Notes: generated by a model not told the origin, from the letters alone. A stretch of DNA of 64,000 nucleotides from Entomortierella parvispora E1425 (GCA_020891255.1 BQFW01000006.1:2232001-2296000), one strand, 5' to 3'. Shown: positions 12,139 to 26,221, numbered from the stretch's first letter. Program-made: numbers and translations.

Positions 12139-14505
12139 TCAGCTCTTGAGAGAAATAAGTCCTTTCAGCATGTCGAAACTATTGCCGTCAGGCTGCAATC
12201 GGTACTCCTCTCCAACAATATCTCGCCCTTCTGCATCCACGGCCACTGTCCGCAGTAGTCCATAGTCTAAAGTCACACCCTGGACTCGAACTCTTTTGTG
12301 TGGAGTCATTGTCGTCAGCGTCACCACCGCGTTGGAGTGCAGCCATCGGCGATAGTACATCTCCTCCATTTGTGCAAATCCTCGTCCATTGCCCCCCAAA
12401 AACTGTCGGTGTAGCTGCTCAAACTTGACCAGGATATGGGCCAACAACGTCTCCTGACTGAACTCTGACAAAGTCTTGCCTGTTGTCCGATTGTGGTATC
12501 GAATCAAGTGGTTGATAGACGTTGTTGGGTTGGGGTTCGTAGCATTGACTCCACATCCTGCAAATAGTTGGGTGTTAACAGCTATTAGTAGTTGCTCGTC
12601 AAACCGCCAATCTTGCCCCCTCCTCTTCTCTTACTTACCAATAACAAGCAGAAACCCGGATCCATCAAAGGTCGAGTTGACAAGTACGCCTCCAATCTTG
12701 ATCATCTTTGGTGTAGCATCGGCTTGAGCATCTGCGTGCGAAGGATGCTCCAGAGGAGCCTCTGCATAGATATCGTTAGGCCACTTGAGGCGCAATGGCA
12801 ATTCCTCATAGCCGGGCAAAGAGCAGACACTCTCAACAACTGCCAAGGCCACCAGGTATTGCACAAATACGGGAGACGCATGATGTGCCTGCGTAGGATG
12901 ACGCAAAACCATCGAGAACTGCAAACAACCTGGAGGCGAGATCCAAGAGTTTCGACCACGGCCGCGCCCTGAAACTTGGATGGTGGCGTTGCAGACAAAT
13001 CCATCCGGCAATTGCTGGCAGAGTTCAAAGTTCCGATCGAGCATCGTTTGGGTACTGGTGACAACCTGGCCATACATTAAGCTATTGCCAAACTTGAGAC
13101 TATTGTCCAGTCCTCGAACAGCCTCAAGATGGCGGAAAAAGTGACCCATATCAAACTCGGGTGTCTGCGATGGCTGTGGTGGTTCGCTCGGGCAGAGAAC
13201 AATGTTCTTGGTCACCTTTTCCTCCTCGACTCCATTAGTGTCTACAACAGTCGGAATATGTACTGGAACAGCATGAGATGGCGAAGGAACCAACTGGAAA
13301 GTGTCGTTGGGTTGATATATATCTCCTGTGGCGTCTGCGAGTCCGTAAAGTGTGTTGGCCAACTCGGCAGTCAACTGAGGGCGAATCGAGGCCAAGTAAA
13401 GTGGGGTAACGTCGGGAACGCCTCGAATTGCGCCTGCAGGGATCCCAGGATTGCTCGAAGGCTCGGGCAATGGCATCACTTTCAGTCCCATCTGGGCCAG
13501 AATACTCCGCAACAGCAGTTTGCGCTCCTGCTCCTTTTCCCGTAGACGGCTGACAACGTTTGGTTCTGGTCCATACTCAGGGTTCTTGATATCCAGCATG
13601 TTCGAGTCATATTCTGGGTGAACGCCAGAGAGGACAGCAAGGCCCTGACCCACTTCACAGGCAATCATGGCCGCCTTTCGCTTGGGTGATTCAGGATCGA
13701 TCTGGTTTTTCTCGCCCACTCCATACCATGCAAGAACCTTTGTACGCCCATACTGCTCAGCATCAACAAAGTAGCCACCTCCATTGAAGTAAACATTGGT
13801 CTCGTCAAAGCCAAGACTGTTGCCGGCAGAGAAGACGGCAGGGTTGAGCTGGATTTTGACAGCATCCGCACCGCTTTCAGAGTCGTAGACAAAACCAGGG
13901 TACACAGTGCCTCGACATTCTCCTGCGAAAAACTTTAGCTCCCGAGGACCTCGAACCTCCATGGGTTTGTTTGCCTCAAAGACTATCCTGTCCGAGGCAT
14001 AGTAGCCACCCGCACAGATCCCCAGGAATCGACCTCCAGAATGAACGTAGGCGCTTATCCGATGGTTGATGGCGCCGTTCAGATCTTTAGTATATGGCAT
14101 ATCCCGTCCTCCGGGGATGATGAGCAACGAGGTGGATTCTTCCCACGGTTCCGAGGCCAGTCCTTCAGCGTCGATGCGCATCACATCGTAGTGATGGCCC
14201 ACCAAGGAGCGGAGACTGTGGACAGTATGGGCGAGCGAGCTGCGGGAGGTGCCATCACCCGAGTAGACAAGGATATTCATGGGACTACTGTATGGTATAT
14301 GGGTTGAGAAGTCAAAAGTGCGTTGGTTCTTGAGGGTCGCTGTTGCTGGTGCTGAGGAGGAGGAGGAATGAGTGATGCGTTGAAGACTGTGAGCAACCAA
14401 TGAACGGTGCTTGGGATGCAAGGTGGATGGGAAGAGAGCGGAAGAGATGAGCGAGGTGTTTGAATGAGAAGTATGACGGATGAATCGACGCAGATGCGAG
14501 ATCAT
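12139..14505 (-). CDS. BPL1: Biotin--protein ligase (holocarboxylase synthetase) with fungal N-terminal GATase-like domain
   Basis: MNILVYSGDG, IPGGRD, FLGICAGGYY, STQTML, QVSGRGRGRNSWISPPGCLQFS, LKWPNDIY, KIGGVLV and LQPDGNSFDMLKGLI. One intron near 12560-12635. Confidence 0.95.
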
Positions 14506-14809
14506 GGAGCGAGGTGAAGAGAGGAGGCGGAGGAGACGGAGGAGACGGCGGAGGATGAGTGGGTGTGGAGATCGGATCGAAACAGATCGCAGATCAGATC
14601 AGATCAGACATTTTTTGAGAGAAGTTATTCTATTCGATGTTTTCTACCTCAAATAAAATTAAACTATGTGAGCTTTTTAAGTCCAATATTTCATTTACAG
14701 AAGTTGACAAGATAATTCATAATTTATTCCCATGTTGTTTTCAGTTGAGCTGATAAACACAATGGTAAACACAAATATATATAAAAAAAGATGGTCTCCG
14801 CAACAGGAC

Positions 14810-16380
14810 TTAGACAGAATCCACGCGCTTGGTGTAGTGGTTGTAGAACATGAGGAAGAAGAGAATCAAGCTGCCAGCAATGTACATGGCGGCGTTGTAT
14901 CCGATCATGGCCTTGTAGTTGTTAGATGCCTCAAAGATCTTGCCGGCAATGGGCAAAGTGAACAAGTTACCGGGGGTGTTGGTCAAGAAGATGACCGTCA
15001 AGCCCGATCCCAAGTGCGTCAAGCCCACAATGTTGGCCGTGATGGAGGCCACCAGTGTAAAGAACGATCCAGAGAAGAATCCATACATGATAGAGAAGCC
15101 AATCAAAGCACCATGGGACTCGGCAAACATCCAGATGAAGCAAGACAGGCCCGCTAACATGAACGCGACCGAGGCAATGCGGATAGCACCCAAACGATCA
15201 CCCAAGATACCAATCACCACACGACCAATTGCGTTGGCAGCGGACATGATGGACAGGAGCTGCCCACCTTGGACCGTAGCATTCAAACCGAGGACGTCTT
15301 GGGCGTAAGAGGGAACATAGGTGAAAGGGACAACGTAAGCGAAACCAAAGAGAGCGGCAGCGACGAACCAGAGCATGAAGCCTGGATCCTTGAGAATAGT
15401 CAGGTTAATCACGTCCTTGCGAGCAGCCACTGGAGGGCCCGAGATCTGACGAGGGGCACGCATCACCAAGGCGGCAAAAGCAGTGCAGATAAAGTGAAAG
15501 ATGGCATAGATACGGAGAGTCCAGTAAATGTCGACGGCATCGAGGAGAGCAGGGATGATGAAGCCAAGAGCAAGGCCACCGACACCGGCACCACAGAAGC
15601 AGATACCCATGGCCAATCCACGGTGCTTGTCATACCAGAGAGGGGGGATAGCGGTCGCAGCCAAGTTAAGAAGCGAGGCACCAATTCCGAACATGATACC
15701 CTGGGTCAAGAACAGATGCCACAGCTCGGAAGCCCAAGAGGCAAGAAGAAGTCCAAGCGAGCCAATGATGCATCCAGACCACAGAATGACCTTGTGGCCA
15801 TATCGATTCATGACAGGACCGGCAATGAGGGTAAAGCCAAACTGGAAGCCCACAGCCAAGGAACCGATGAAGGAGATGCTGGACTGGGACTCGCCCTTGG
15901 CACCATAGATATCTTGGTAGACAGACTGGAAGATACCATAGATTGAGACGTAACCAATGGCGGCCATGATGATCTGTTGCATGTTGTAGGAAGGCAACGT
16001 GTTAATATACTTGAAGACAACACGATGCATTGATGAGAAACAAGGGCCGAGAGACAGAAGGAATTATCACGTACCAAAAAACCACCCAAAACGACAATGT
16101 AGCCACGGTAGCCAGACTCCATGACAACGTCTTCGCCAAAAGTCGCGTTGATCGAGGCGGGACGGCTGCTAGGATGGCCATGCTGTTCAGCGGCATGCTC
16201 GTAGCGCTCGTTCTTGGCAAGAACAACACCATTTCCTTGGGTGGCAGACTCGTATGAGGAGCGGCGACTGGAGATGGGGCGCTTCTGGTGATGAGCAGTC
16301 TTTTCAGGGACGGTACTGACACTGCTGTTGCTCGAGCTGTCTCCATTCTTCTTGGAGCCGAAAAGGCTGAGCTTGGTCAT
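14810..16380 (-). CDS. MFS monocarboxylate transporter (MCT/Mch family)
   Basis: GYRGYIVVLGGFL|..., LFLTQGIMFGIG, WYDKHRGLAMG and NAIGRVVIG, with about 12 TM segments. One intron at about 16000-16070. Confidence 0.9.
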
Positions 16381-19300
16381 TGAAGGGAAGGGGAAGGGCT
16401 GGAGGGTATGGAAGGGAGAGGATTATAGAATATAGTACAGGTGCTCTAGTAGTCTACAAAAGAAATGGGGGGATATCTGTTATGTACAAGAGAGGGTGGA
16501 ATGGTATATATTTTTTTTGGAGTTGACACCAAAAAAAGAATATAAAAAAGGTGCGTGGGATGTGGGAGCGGTTAGGTCCTTGTGGACAAGTCGATGCAGG
16601 GCAGCGGTGGTGAGAGTGGTGGGAAAGCGTGTGCGACAATCAAATATCAACAAGCAGCTGTTTGAGGCTCTTCTTGCTGGTTATGGTTGAAGATGTTGTT
16701 GTTGTGTGTTGTTGACGAAGGCGGTTTATTTGTTAGGGCGCGCGAAAGGAGCAAGGGACAAGAACAGTGCGTTGCTTTTGTTGACAGATCTTTGAGGCGA
16801 CGAGAAGAAAAATCAGAAAGCTGCGAGAGAGAAAGAAAGAAGAGAAGAAAGAGAGGCGGAGGAGAGAGCTGAAGGAAGGGAGGAGGGGTTGAGTCGAGAG
16901 AAGAGAGGAAGGCCCGAGGAGGCGACCTTTTTATAAGCGAAGGGACGGGCGATTTACAAAAGTGGATCGACCTTCCTTTTCTTCCTCGAGGCTTCCAACG
17001 GAAAAAAGGGAGGACATAGAAGCATCCCGGCGGGGGGATCGAGAGCCGGCAGCGCACAGGGGCAGCGACGAAAAGCGAGGCCAGCAGGACAGATAGATCA
17101 AAGGAAACTAAAGCGGAGGCCAGGCCGGGCCAGTCTGGGGCAAGAAAGTTTACTTTCAACTCTACTGACCATTCGCGCCCCGAGCCTCTCATTGATCTTT
17201 TTGACGGCAGTCCACGAATGAATGAAATGAATCACATCAAGCTCGCATCGTCGCCTGGCTTCCGACTGGTGTAAGCCTAAAGAAAGTGCAACAACAATGA
17301 TCGAGTCTGCAAGGGTCAGAGGGATAAAGGAGAAATAGGAGAAATTGTATGATGGTGCATGTCGGAGCTGAGTTGGAGAGGGGGCCACGGATTTTTTTTT
17401 TAAAAAAAAAACTGGCCTCTGTTTTCTATCTGGGCGTTCATGATGGCTTTCCGGCTTGACTTTGCCTCCCCAAAAAACATTCTACTGGACTCCCGTTATT
17501 CATTCCGGCCGGACACCAACCACTAGGGTAGCCGTGGCAGAAAAAGTCAACGAGAGACGCACGAGCAAGGGCACGATTGGACTGCAGTGAACCGTGTGGC
17601 CACCCGGTTTGGCGATATTTAAATCCATGACTTTCAATTGAACGATCATGACAGCATCGGTGAGCACCAAGTGAATAGAACAATGGTGCCATGCACCCCT
17701 CTACAGTACACAGACGTTCTTCAGACAAAGAGACTCGTCCACTTCTGAAAGGACAGAATAGGGTTCCTACATTGTCCATTGTGCAACCAACCGCCTCGAC
17801 TGAGACGCGTCCCATTGGCTCAGAGCAAAAATTGATCCTGGGGTCAACTGCTGCTCGGAGCAAGCGGCCAGTCAAAAATCGAGGAGGCTTTGAACCCTGA
17901 CCCCGCAAAATGTGGATTGCACGTTATGGAACAGGGGTCCATTCATGAATGTTCCCCACATTGCAGTCTTTTAGCAAGATTATCGGGCGGATGAAAACCA
18001 ACTCGGGGGGTTTTTCACATTCTTATAAGTTCCACCCGTCTCTGACGAGCCAAATCTTTGCTGACTGCTACTGGTACCGCGCTATGATCCAAACCACAGA
18101 GTCATGAGTATGGCCCACGTAACTCGGGTATATACCATAATATAGAACCGAGGCAGAACGATGAGAGGATATGAGAGGTCAAGTGGAAATGTCAATTAAG
18201 GACTTGGAATGAAAGTTACGGCGAGATGCTGTATTCTGTACCAACGGAACGATGAAGACTAGAACTGGGATTGAAAGGTGGGGTAAAGAGAGAGAGAGGA
18301 AAAAAAAAGAAACCAATCCATCTCGCCGCCTGAGAATTGCGGGGTAAGATTCTGGGTGGGGTAATTGAGCAAAGTTGCTCCGTGCAAGTTTAGTGGATGA
18401 GATGGATCAAGGTAGAGCGTGACATCAGGGTGACTGAAGAGACAAAGCGCTCTTTCGTCTTACCCTAATCCTCTCCTTCACCCACTTTTCTCTTTTCTAA
18501 AATGACGGCAGCGGTTGCAATCTATGGTATGGGATGGTTCTAATCTTACGATCTCCAGGTTTTTCTTTCCTTTCTTTGCTACAGAGTTCATTCTCAGATT
18601 TTTACTCTTGTCACCCTCGTGGTGATGACTTCTATCTTCCGTCAGGCGAGTGCGGGGGTGGGGAATATTTCCTGCGTTTAAGCATTGCTGATAAAGATAG
18701 TGGGTTCATTGCCTCATTTACCCCGGAAGACACTTTCCTTTCATAGAAAAACCCCCTGCTATTTGCTTCCTCTTCTTTCCTTCTAAACAAGTTCAGCACC
18801 CGATCTCATCCATACTTCTCGGATAAATGGCATGTCATTGCCAATGGTCTCGGAACAGATATGGGTGTGCATTACATAGACGGCCTAGATGGCCTCTTCC
18901 ATAATGCAAGGTGACAGAGCAGCTGGTCCAGAGCAGAAGGGGGCAAGGGTGTTTTAGCCGCTCGTGTAATCTTTGACCGTCTTGTTGTGAAGCAGAGACC
19001 GAATGGAGTCCCATTTTTTTTTTTTTTTTTTTTTTTTCGTCTCGAAGAGCACGGGCGAACTTATTCGCATTGCCTTTCCGTCATGGATCATCTAGATATA
19101 CTGCAGTCGCGTCAAAGAGGTTCTCTCAAAAGCTCTGGCCTGTTCAGCTTGTCGCATGTGCAGATTTTTGAAGAGGCTTGATCTTATATCGATTAAAATA
19201 GAATGTAAATGAAAGAACGCATCGGCAAACAAGTTAAAGAAAAGATAAGCGCGCGATCATCACAAACAGTGGAGTGGAAAGAGCAGTGTGAGAGGATCTT

Positions 19301-20475
19301 GTGATCTGGAGAAGGTGGGGGCTTACTTGGCAAGGACCAGGAGGGTCGTGATGATCCGCCCGCCATAGCTGTTGATATTCTGATGGGTTATTGTCGTCAA
19401 TGGTTGCAGCATTAGACCGAGTAGTGGGCCCAAAGGCTGGTTTCTGATGCGGTGGCATGAGGACTAGCATCTATCCACCGGTTTTCTGAGGGGTTGTTTC
19501 CATAGAGGAACGTAGTGGCCGAGGGGTCGATTTCGAGATGTCCAATGGTCGGGCACGTGATCACCAGCAAGTTCAAAAAAAAAAAAAAGGGAAAAAAAAG
19601 AGTAGGATCAAATAAGCAAACAAACAAGGGGCGACGTCAGTGGACACCAGACTAGTGCCTGCATGCAGTCGGTGAAGATTGGATGCAGACAGCAACACCA
19701 TACACCCCCAGAAGGGTGGCAGGGATAGGGAGGAGAGACTGCAATCCGAGAGACATTAAAAGGAAAGAAAAGTCCATCGATCGGTTTCGCACCGAGAAAC
19801 GTAAACGGCCAAACAGACATGCAGACAGGCAGAACAGACACAGCACAGGCACCAATTGGTCGCCTGTGCCTGGGTTATTCACTGACCGTTGTTTGTCTGT
19901 GCAACGCCACTCCATTCTTGCCTGAGAGAATTAATTTCATTTCATTTTCAGGTCCAAACGCCATTTAGGCTTTTATCTTCCTTCCATCCGACCGTCGTCC
20001 TCTGGCGTGCATAGAGTGTAGCGTGCTATTTCCTGCCTGCGCTCATCACTGTAATCATCATCTCGACATTCTTCATCCCTTCTGCCATCCCCATTCTTCC
20101 TCCCCTTGCATTTCTCTCTTCATCTCTTTCTCAGCGTTCTACATTCGTTGAATCCGAGTTGTGCCTTGTCAGTCAGTCCTCTATTTCCTCTCTTTCATCT
20201 CCCCCCTAGTCTGCACAGTCACCAATTCATCCCTTTCTTTCCCCTGTGAACTCATTGTCCCGCCTTTTGCATTCCATTCGCCCACGAATGGTCCGTCTCG
20301 AGCCATCCTGACGCAGCAAAGACGCGACTACCGCTAAACAGACACCCCTACATACTGGGGCCATCCTCCCCCTCTCTCGACTTCAGATTGTTCGGGAACA
20401 GAAACCTTGCCAGAAACAAGGCCAAGGGTCTTCACATACAAGACATCAAAAAGAACAAAAAAGGCGACTCAAACA

Positions 20476-23400
20476 ATGTTTCGTCCAGCAGCGTCTTCCG
20501 CTGCCTCATCCCTTCTCCTTCTCTCCGCCCTTCTCCCCACCCTTCTCCTCCTCGTCTCAGCTGCTCCTTCCACAGGAACATCGACTCCCAGGCGAGGCCA
20601 CAGTGCGACCTATATCCAGGACACAGTCTACTTTGTCGGCGGTCTCGCCACTGCAACCGGCACAGATGGCACGCCTGTCAAGACCTTCACCGCTCTGAAC
20701 TTGACCCAACTCACCTTTACAGAGATGCAGACGTCTCTGGCAGTTTATAACCACAGTGCCAGCTCGAACCGCACTTTGACTTGGGACCCTACGACAGGAG
20801 TCATGACCGATAACAGCACTAGTCAAATCGCCATCAGTTTCGGTCAGTCTTCAGCAAGCAACCCCGGAGTGCCCCTCCAATGGCTGGACCCCGCGACGGG
20901 AGAGGTGACAGTGGCAGGGAGCACCATGACATCCTCACCATCCTCACCGTCGTCAGGAAGTGGCAATTCTTCAGGAGGTAGTGTGTCACCAGAGAGCAGG
21001 ATAGCTCAGAGCCTGGTCCAGTTTGATAATACACTGTTGGTGCTCGGAGGTCGCGGTCTGGGCGCAGGAGCCACGCCAACAGCCGTGAACGATACCATGA
21101 CCTACGATCTCACCTCCAAGTCCTGGACCAATCGCACAACGGGACTTGCACGGTCTGGCCATGCCTCGGCCCGTGTAGGCCTGGATTATGTCCTGACCTG
21201 CTATGGAAGCAGCACAGCGGGGACAACTCTGGACTCGGACTGCGTATACTTTACGGCATCCACCTCTGTCTTTGTACCTGCAGAAATCACATGGGCCAAC
21301 AATAGCGACGCTATAGTTGGTGGCAGGACCGGATTCACGATGGTGGCCAACCCGTCAGACAATGGCCTGGCGTATTTATTTGGAGGTTGCAACTTGGCAG
21401 GGACGACTTATTTTCAGGACGTATATCTTCTGGACGCATCGAAGCCACCATCGTTGCTGATCACCAAACTTCCAACACCCGCCCCTTCAGCCATCTTACC
21501 GAGTGCCAGGGCACAGCATGCGGCCGTCGCTGTTGGAACCACCGCCTCTGGATTCATGGTCGTTTATGGTGGCGTAATCCAGCAGCAAGTGAATGCCACA
21601 GCAAACGCAACCGCTGCCCTACCGACGATGGCGATGGCGTTAGCGACGCCATTTTTCTTTGATATGACCCAAAATATCTGGGTGGACAATGGGACATTCA
21701 TGAATTCGTATGCTGTCGCCATGGCAGATATGGCGGCAGCTGCAGCAGCTACAAAGAAGCATGTGGGAGTCGCTACCATCATTGCGGGCATCCTGGCAGG
21801 TGTTGCGGTCCTTGGAGGAATGGTGGCGCTCTACATCTGGAGCGGATTGAAGCAAGATGAGCGGGAGCGTCTTCAAAAAGAGGCCAGGGGCAGTGTCTAT
21901 GTGGGCGAAAATTCATCGCCGGAACAAAGCCCTATGGATAAGAGGAATGTATACCCTTTATCACCCTCAGGCGAAGAGATGGCAACGGGACCGTTCAAGA
22001 GCACAACTTCATTGATTCAACCTGACAAGGAAGAGGCAAAGAGATTGAAAGCGCGTGGTTCAGGAGGTCTACCACTGCCCTGGATCAAATCTTCAGATCC
22101 CTATACCCCAAGTGGAACGACCTTGAACGACAACGGAAGCTATTTCTCTTCTTCAGCAGCCTCGTCCATGACGCCGTCACGGCTTACCAAGAATAACAGC
22201 AATGGATCATCACAGTATAGTCGACAGGGCTCCGCAGCCGGATCCGGGTCTGCAGTTGCACCGCCGGCGGCTGGGTATTACAACAATCAGGACTTATTCC
22301 TAGACGATCCTGAGGATGACGATTGTTCTGTGGTGGTCTCCTTGGCATCGGAATCATCAACACTTTCGCCCTGGGCGGGACCTGTGCGGCTATCGAACGA
22401 TCTTGCACCTCCCAACCCCCGGTTCAGCCGAGGAGCTATTTCACAAGCGCATCGTCAACTAGTCGGAAATTCGTTTGCCGGTCAGAGGAACAGCCAAGGG
22501 GCATACTCGAATAGCAATAGTGGATGGGATACCAGTTCCCCAGGGGGCTCGCTGTCGAGCCGCGAGGATGAGTATCACAGACGGTCCGTTAATTCGATGC
22601 AGTGGGTCGGGTTTGAACCTCTGGATTTAACAACACGGCCAGAATCAGGGTAAGAAAGAGACAGAAGCTTGAGTCGGTCAACTGTCGCCTTGGGAAAGGA
22701 AACTAACATGGCCGTCATGTTTTTCTTCTTCCTGCTTATAGAATCTTTGATCCTCTCACTCAACAACAGCGCTCTAACCTCACGGTCAGAAACGCATCCC
22801 TGTATGGCCCTAACGCGGCACGCGGCAGTCTTATGGGATCGGGCTCTGGCTCTAATCAGCCGCGAATGTCTATGTTTGGAGACAGCAACGCCAGTGATAG
22901 CAATGCGGAGGATTCACCCAGTTCCAGTTCTCAACACCGCCATCGGCCCTATTCTGGACAAGGCACTGGAACGCATCGAATCTCGACCGCCTTAGCCGCT
23001 CGCCAGCAACGGCGATCCGTTCGTGTCAGTCAAGATAGTCAATCCTCTTTATCTGCAGGAGGAGGCAGCCAAAGAACAGAAGCAGGAGAGCCAGCCTTTG
23101 TGACCTCAGTCTTGCCAGTTATCACTCACAAGGTCACCAAACCTACTCTGGCCAAGGTTGTCACTCACCAACGGGGATCGAGGGTCGTTGTCCCGAGTGC
23201 TGGCCCACTCGGCGATCGGCCGAGGGCCAATGAAGCCGGACTCGAGAATGGGGGCTCCACCACAGGGGATGGACTCGGAATCGACTTTTCAAGTTTCTCA
23301 AATGACTCTTATTCCTTCCAGCCTCCACCTCCACCATCCTCTAATCGGGGCCGGAGACCCTCCTCGACCTTGAACCCAAGCTACAACAAAGCAACAGCAG

Positions 23401-23651
23401 CGACGACCAAGCGGGAGAGCAGTCGACTGTCCATTGTCCAGAATTCGCCTCCGAATGTGATCCTCAAGATGCCCCCACCACCTAAACATACCAATCGAAA
23501 CAATCTTGCCGTCGCGAACAATACCGGTAATTCCGACAGCAATGGTGGCGCTGCTGGAGGACAAGCAGGGGCGTCAACGGGACTTCGTCATAGTATCATG
23601 GAGCTGGGTCAAGACATGCCAGGATTTCTCAACTATGGCGACAACTTGTAA
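20476..23651 (+). CDS. Type I membrane protein with kelch-like ectodomain and long Ser-rich cytoplasmic tail
   Basis: Signal peptide MFRPAASSAASSLLLLSALLPTLLLLVSA. Kelch-like units (VYFVGG, LLVLGG, RSGHAS, AYLFGG, RAQHAA, MVVYGG) and TM VGVATIIAGILAGVAVLGGMVALYIW. Intron 22650-22741. Confidence 0.8.
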
Positions 23652-23873
23652 AATAATAAAATAGATCAATCCACAGCACTCAGAATACGGAAACTAAAAC
23701 GTCATGTCATTCGTATGGAGCTCCTTCAAACAGTTCAGGGAGATTCTTGTAGAAGCGCGATTTATTTTACAAAGTGAGGAGAGGGCAATGCAACTTTTTT
23801 TTTTTTTTTTTTTTTTTTTTCCGAGGAGGATATACTATGGTACAATAAGAGGGAAAGAGTGCGGGGAGCCGTC

Positions 23874-26221
23874 TTAATTGCGGGGCTGGGAAGCGTGCTC
23901 AGGATGGGAGATGAACTCCTCGAGTCCGCCAGAAGCAGCCGCCATGGGGAAGACGTGCTCTTTCTTGCACACCTTGGCCTCCATCACGACGGGGCCGTCG
24001 TGGGCCAAGAACTCGGCCATGACGCCAGGAAGATCCTGCATTGAAGTCGCACGCAGTCCCTTGATGTTCATAGCTTCGGCCAACTTGACAAAGTCAGGGT
24101 TGAACATTTGAGTGCCGGAATAACGCTCCTCGTAAAAGAGATCCTGCCACTGCTTGACCATTCCCTGGAAGTCGTTGTTCAAGATGAGAACCTTGACTCC
24201 AATGTTGTACTGAGCGGCGGTGGCAAGCTCCATGCCGGTCATGCAGAAACTGGCATCACCGTCAATGTCAACCACAATGTGATCAGGCTTGGCCACCTTG
24301 GCACCAATGGCAGCTGGAAGGCCGAATCCCATTGTGCCCAAACCGCCCGAGGTGACCATGGAGCGAGGATGGCGCCAACGGAAGTATTGAGCAGCCCACA
24401 TCTGATGCTGACCAACACCAGTGGTGATAATGACCTTCTCCTTCATGTTCTCTGTCTGCTTGTTGAGCTCCTGAATCACAGTCTGGGGCTTGAGGGGGCC
24501 GTTGGGGTCCTGGACGTGGTAGAATGGGAAGCTAGTCTTCCACTGGTCCAACTTTGAGAACCAGTCTTTGCGCTCAGCCGTCTCGATGAAGGGCAAGAGC
24601 TTGGTCAAGTTCTCTGTCACATCACCCTCGATGGCCTCAGTAGCCTGGACAACCTTGTTGATGTTCTTAGGAGAGATCTCAAAATGGATGATACCTCCCC
24701 GCTTCTCCTGAGCGGCCTTGCGGGCTTCCGGTGCGAATCGAGGAACATTGGCAGTGACACGATCGTCGAAACGAGCGCCCAAGGCAATGATCACATCAGC
24801 ACTCTGCATCGCCAAGTTGGCATATCCAGAACCGTGCATGCCGACCATGTGGAGCGAGCGAGGATCCAATTCGTCAAAAGCTCCGAGTCCCTGAAGAGTG
24901 GTCGTGACAGGAATGTTGCCGTTGTGCGAGAGCTCTTTGAGACGAGCAGGTCCATCAGGGTGTGCCAAGATACCCTGGCCTGCATAGATCAAGGGTCGCT
25001 TGGCGGCATTGATCAACTGAGCGGCGCGCAAGAGCTGAGGGGAGGTCACTTTGGCAGGATCCTGAGCGAGGCCGGCAAAGAAGGGAGCCTGGCTTGCTGG
25101 AGGACGAGATGGAATGGCGGGACTGGTGGGAATGGGGCGAGTCAGGACTGCGGCCGTGATATCCTTAGGAAGATCAACCAAGACAGGTCCTGGCCGGCCA
25201 GAGGTCGCAATCTCAAAGGCCTCGTTGATGCGCTTGGGCAGATCGGCAATGTCCTTGACCATAACGTTCCACTTTGTGCAGGCGCGGGAGATGCCCAAGA
25301 CATCAGCTTCTTGGAAAGCATCAGAACCGATGGCGGTGACGGGAACCTGGCCAGAGAAGACGATCATGGGGGTGCCGTCGGACATGGCGTCCTGCATGGC
25401 GGTAATGACATTGGTGGCTCCAGGACCTGTTTGATATCAAAAGAAGGTTGCTGTCAGTGATAAGGCAGGAGACACACACATTTTAGGCTCTTTCTCGCTC
25501 GAACAAAGCAAAGATCTTGCTCCTACCAGAGGTGACCAATACGACGCCGGGCTTGCCCCTGTCATGTGCAACAAGAAAAAAAAAAAAAATCCGAAGATTA
25601 GGACCCAGCCAGTGATCACAGAGTCATTTCAGTCATTTTATGATTCGGACGCGGATCGGAGATAGCGAACGAAAAGTGGCTCATGCACCCTCTCCCGTCC
25701 TTGTGCTTGTTCGCTCTCTATATCTCTTTTTGCTCAAAGTGGGCAACTTACGTGACTCGCGCATACGCTTCTGCGGCATGGCCTGCTCCTTGCTCAGCTC
25801 TGGGGAGGATGAACTCAAAGTGCTTCGAGTTGTAGATCGCATCGAACACGGGCAAGATGGCTCCGCCAGGGTATCCAAAGACATGTTTCACGTCATGGCG
25901 CAGCATCATCTCGTGAAAGATCTGGCCTCCAGACATGCCCATAAAGGAATGGTCATGGCCCGGTTTGGTTGCAGCAGCGGTTGTGGAGGGGACGAGAGGC
26001 TCGGGGGCGGCGACTTTGCCTGGTGCAGAACTCACAGTCGTACTGGACCGTTTCGTAGCAGTAGCGGCTGCAGAAGAAGACTGGGTTCTGTACTGCACGT
26101 TGTGGCGCTGATGCAGAGTAGAAGACCGCACAGTCGATGCTCTTGTTGATGAGGCGGATGCTGTGGCTGCAGAGACGAGCCTCGATCTGGCCAGTCGGGT
26201 GATATGTTGTGTTGCTTGCAT
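23874..26221 (-). CDS. ILV2: Acetolactate synthase (AHAS) catalytic subunit, mitochondrial
   Basis: Arg/Ser-rich presequence, FGYPGGAILPVFD, GKPGVVLVTSGPGA, GRPGPVLVDLPKD, GARFDDRVT, TGVGQHQMWAAQ and the ThDP motif DIDGDASF...LILNN. Two introns between about 25430 and 25750. Confidence 0.97.

Noticed and set aside
11683-12258. 191-aa plus-strand ORF between the mucin and BPL1
   Set aside because: Low-complexity UTR/promoter sequence overlapping the BPL1 3' end; no ATG start or domain.
14570-14610. (CAGAT)n pentamer run upstream of BPL1
   Set aside because: Short simple repeat with no GATAA core and no supporting context.
12139-16380. BPL1 and the MCT transporter as extra members of the ILV cluster (biotin enzymes of BCAA catabolism; keto-acid transport)
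   Set aside because: Separated from ILV2 by 7.5 kb including an unrelated gene and a 4-kb gap; no shared motif seen.
16381-20475. 4-kb gene-free interval as a possible transposon or ncRNA
   Set aside because: No terminal repeats, transposase or RT motifs, or recognisable RNA structure. Consistent with long UTRs and divergent promoters.
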